Shown piece after piece: positions 45,054 to 45,809 of a stretch of 45,809 nucleotides of DNA. The stretch covers positions 1-45,809 of IMG/VR virus record IMGVR_UViG_3300027740_000038. One strand, 5' to 3'. The notes under the pieces were generated by a model. The model did no database searches. It was not told the origin of the DNA and saw only the letters and a program-made list of their open reading frames with translations. The DNA comes from a virus. Lineage: Duplodnaviria; Caudoviricetes. The position numbers and the translations under genes were made by a program. Numbering within the stretch: the first letter of the stretch is position 1; each line of letters opens with the position of its first letter.

Positions 45054-45066
45054 TATCAATGGGTTA
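45054..45066 (+). promoter_or_regulatory. IHF site
   Basis: TATCAATGGGTTA matches WATCAANNNNTTR, with an AT-rich flank. Confidence 0.55.
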
Positions 45067-45081
45067 GTTTTCACCAAAATC

Positions 45082-45193
45082 GCCAAATTGACAAAAAACG
45101 GCAGTCAAAACAGCCTGACTGAATATATACTATATATTACAATATGTTATCAATGCCGAAAAATGTCAGCCAAATTGACAAAAAATGGCAGTC
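45082..45193. repeat. Two 25-bp direct repeats, candidate activator (UAS) sites
   Basis: GCCAAATTGACAAAAAA(C/T)GGCAGTC at 45082-45106 and 45169-45193; AATATATACTATATATTA is also duplicated at 45038 and 45122. Confidence 0.7.
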
Positions 45194-45663
45194 TTGGAGC
45201 CGTAATGACGGAGAGCAGCAATCTCAGCGAGCGTCCGATAGCTCATACCAGCCCTCAGTTGATTTGTGGCAGGATTGATACACTATCCCAAATCAGCTGG
45301 CGAACTCAGCCTGATTCAACGAGCGCAACCACAGCCCCAAAATATCGGCTCTCACCATTACTCTCAGAGCATATATATAGTATAGGGTATACCATTGCCA
45401 GCCCTCCCCGATTTGCGCTCAACCTGGACCCCGTATGACGTTGGAGCATTTGAGACAATTGTAGCATTTGATAAAAAACTTGACAATCTCTGCATGATAT
45501 GCTACAGGTAGAGCAAGACCGCGCACATCCAGCGCGTATACAGCAGAGCGGAGTGAGTATATGCCCGATTATTCGCAAAATCAGCGGCAAAAAAGCCCGA
45601 TTCAACACAAGGGCGGAACCCGGTAGAGTGTCGCATAGCCGGCTCTCCGCCGGCAGAGCGTGG

Positions 45664-45789
45664 CAATACTGGCAAGCGATATGGGAGCTAAGACGGTCGC
45701 GGACTCATTCCATTACTGGCGATTATTTTTTCAAAACTCAACAATAGGACGTAATGCACGCTTCTTCGCTGAGTACAAAAAAAAAAAAA
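45664..45789. repeat. Terminal direct repeat copy 2
   Basis: Identical to 1-126. Confidence 0.95.
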
Positions 45790-45809
45790 AAAAAACAAAA
45801 AAAAAAAAA

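Noticed and set aside
45777-45809. Poly-A tail suggesting an RNA or retro element
   Set aside because: Extends the A13 homopolymer at 114-126; best explained as an assembly end artefact
1-45809. Integrase/IntI, CI repressor, DNA or RNA polymerase genes
   Set aside because: No tyrosine or serine recombinase, S24 peptidase or polymerase motifs recognised in any ORF; a profile search is needed to confirm absence

Overview
The window is an apparently complete ~45.66-kb tailed dsDNA phage genome: bases 1-126 recur at 45664-45789, consistent with a circular assembly. It has podovirus/P22-like morphogenesis genes on + (0.2-24.7 kb: TerL, portal, scaffold, major capsid, adaptor, two tail fibres, nozzle, ejection proteins, M15 endolysin, holins). 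A leftward replication/accessory arm spans 24.8-34.7 kb (lambda-O-like initiator with iterons, two DNA methyltransferases, PD-(D/E)XK nuclease, tRNA-Met-like gene). A rightward arm spans 34.8-39.1 kb, and a second leftward arm spans 39.1-45.0 kb (Cache-domain protein, truncated ISL3, sigma54-type promoter). No integrase, CI repressor or polymerase was recognised. Two systems stand out. (1) A solitary Cas7/RAMP-like gene (24999-25574, -) is followed immediately by a ~163-nt non-coding array of ~32 consecutive NGY-NN pentamer units; this is a candidate non-CRISPR RNA-guided system. (2) More than a dozen integron attC-like sites delimit small genes as cassettes with complementary ends; there is no integrase, and the genes are oriented opposite to canonical integron cassettes. 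All product calls come from motif recognition by eye; no database searches were run.
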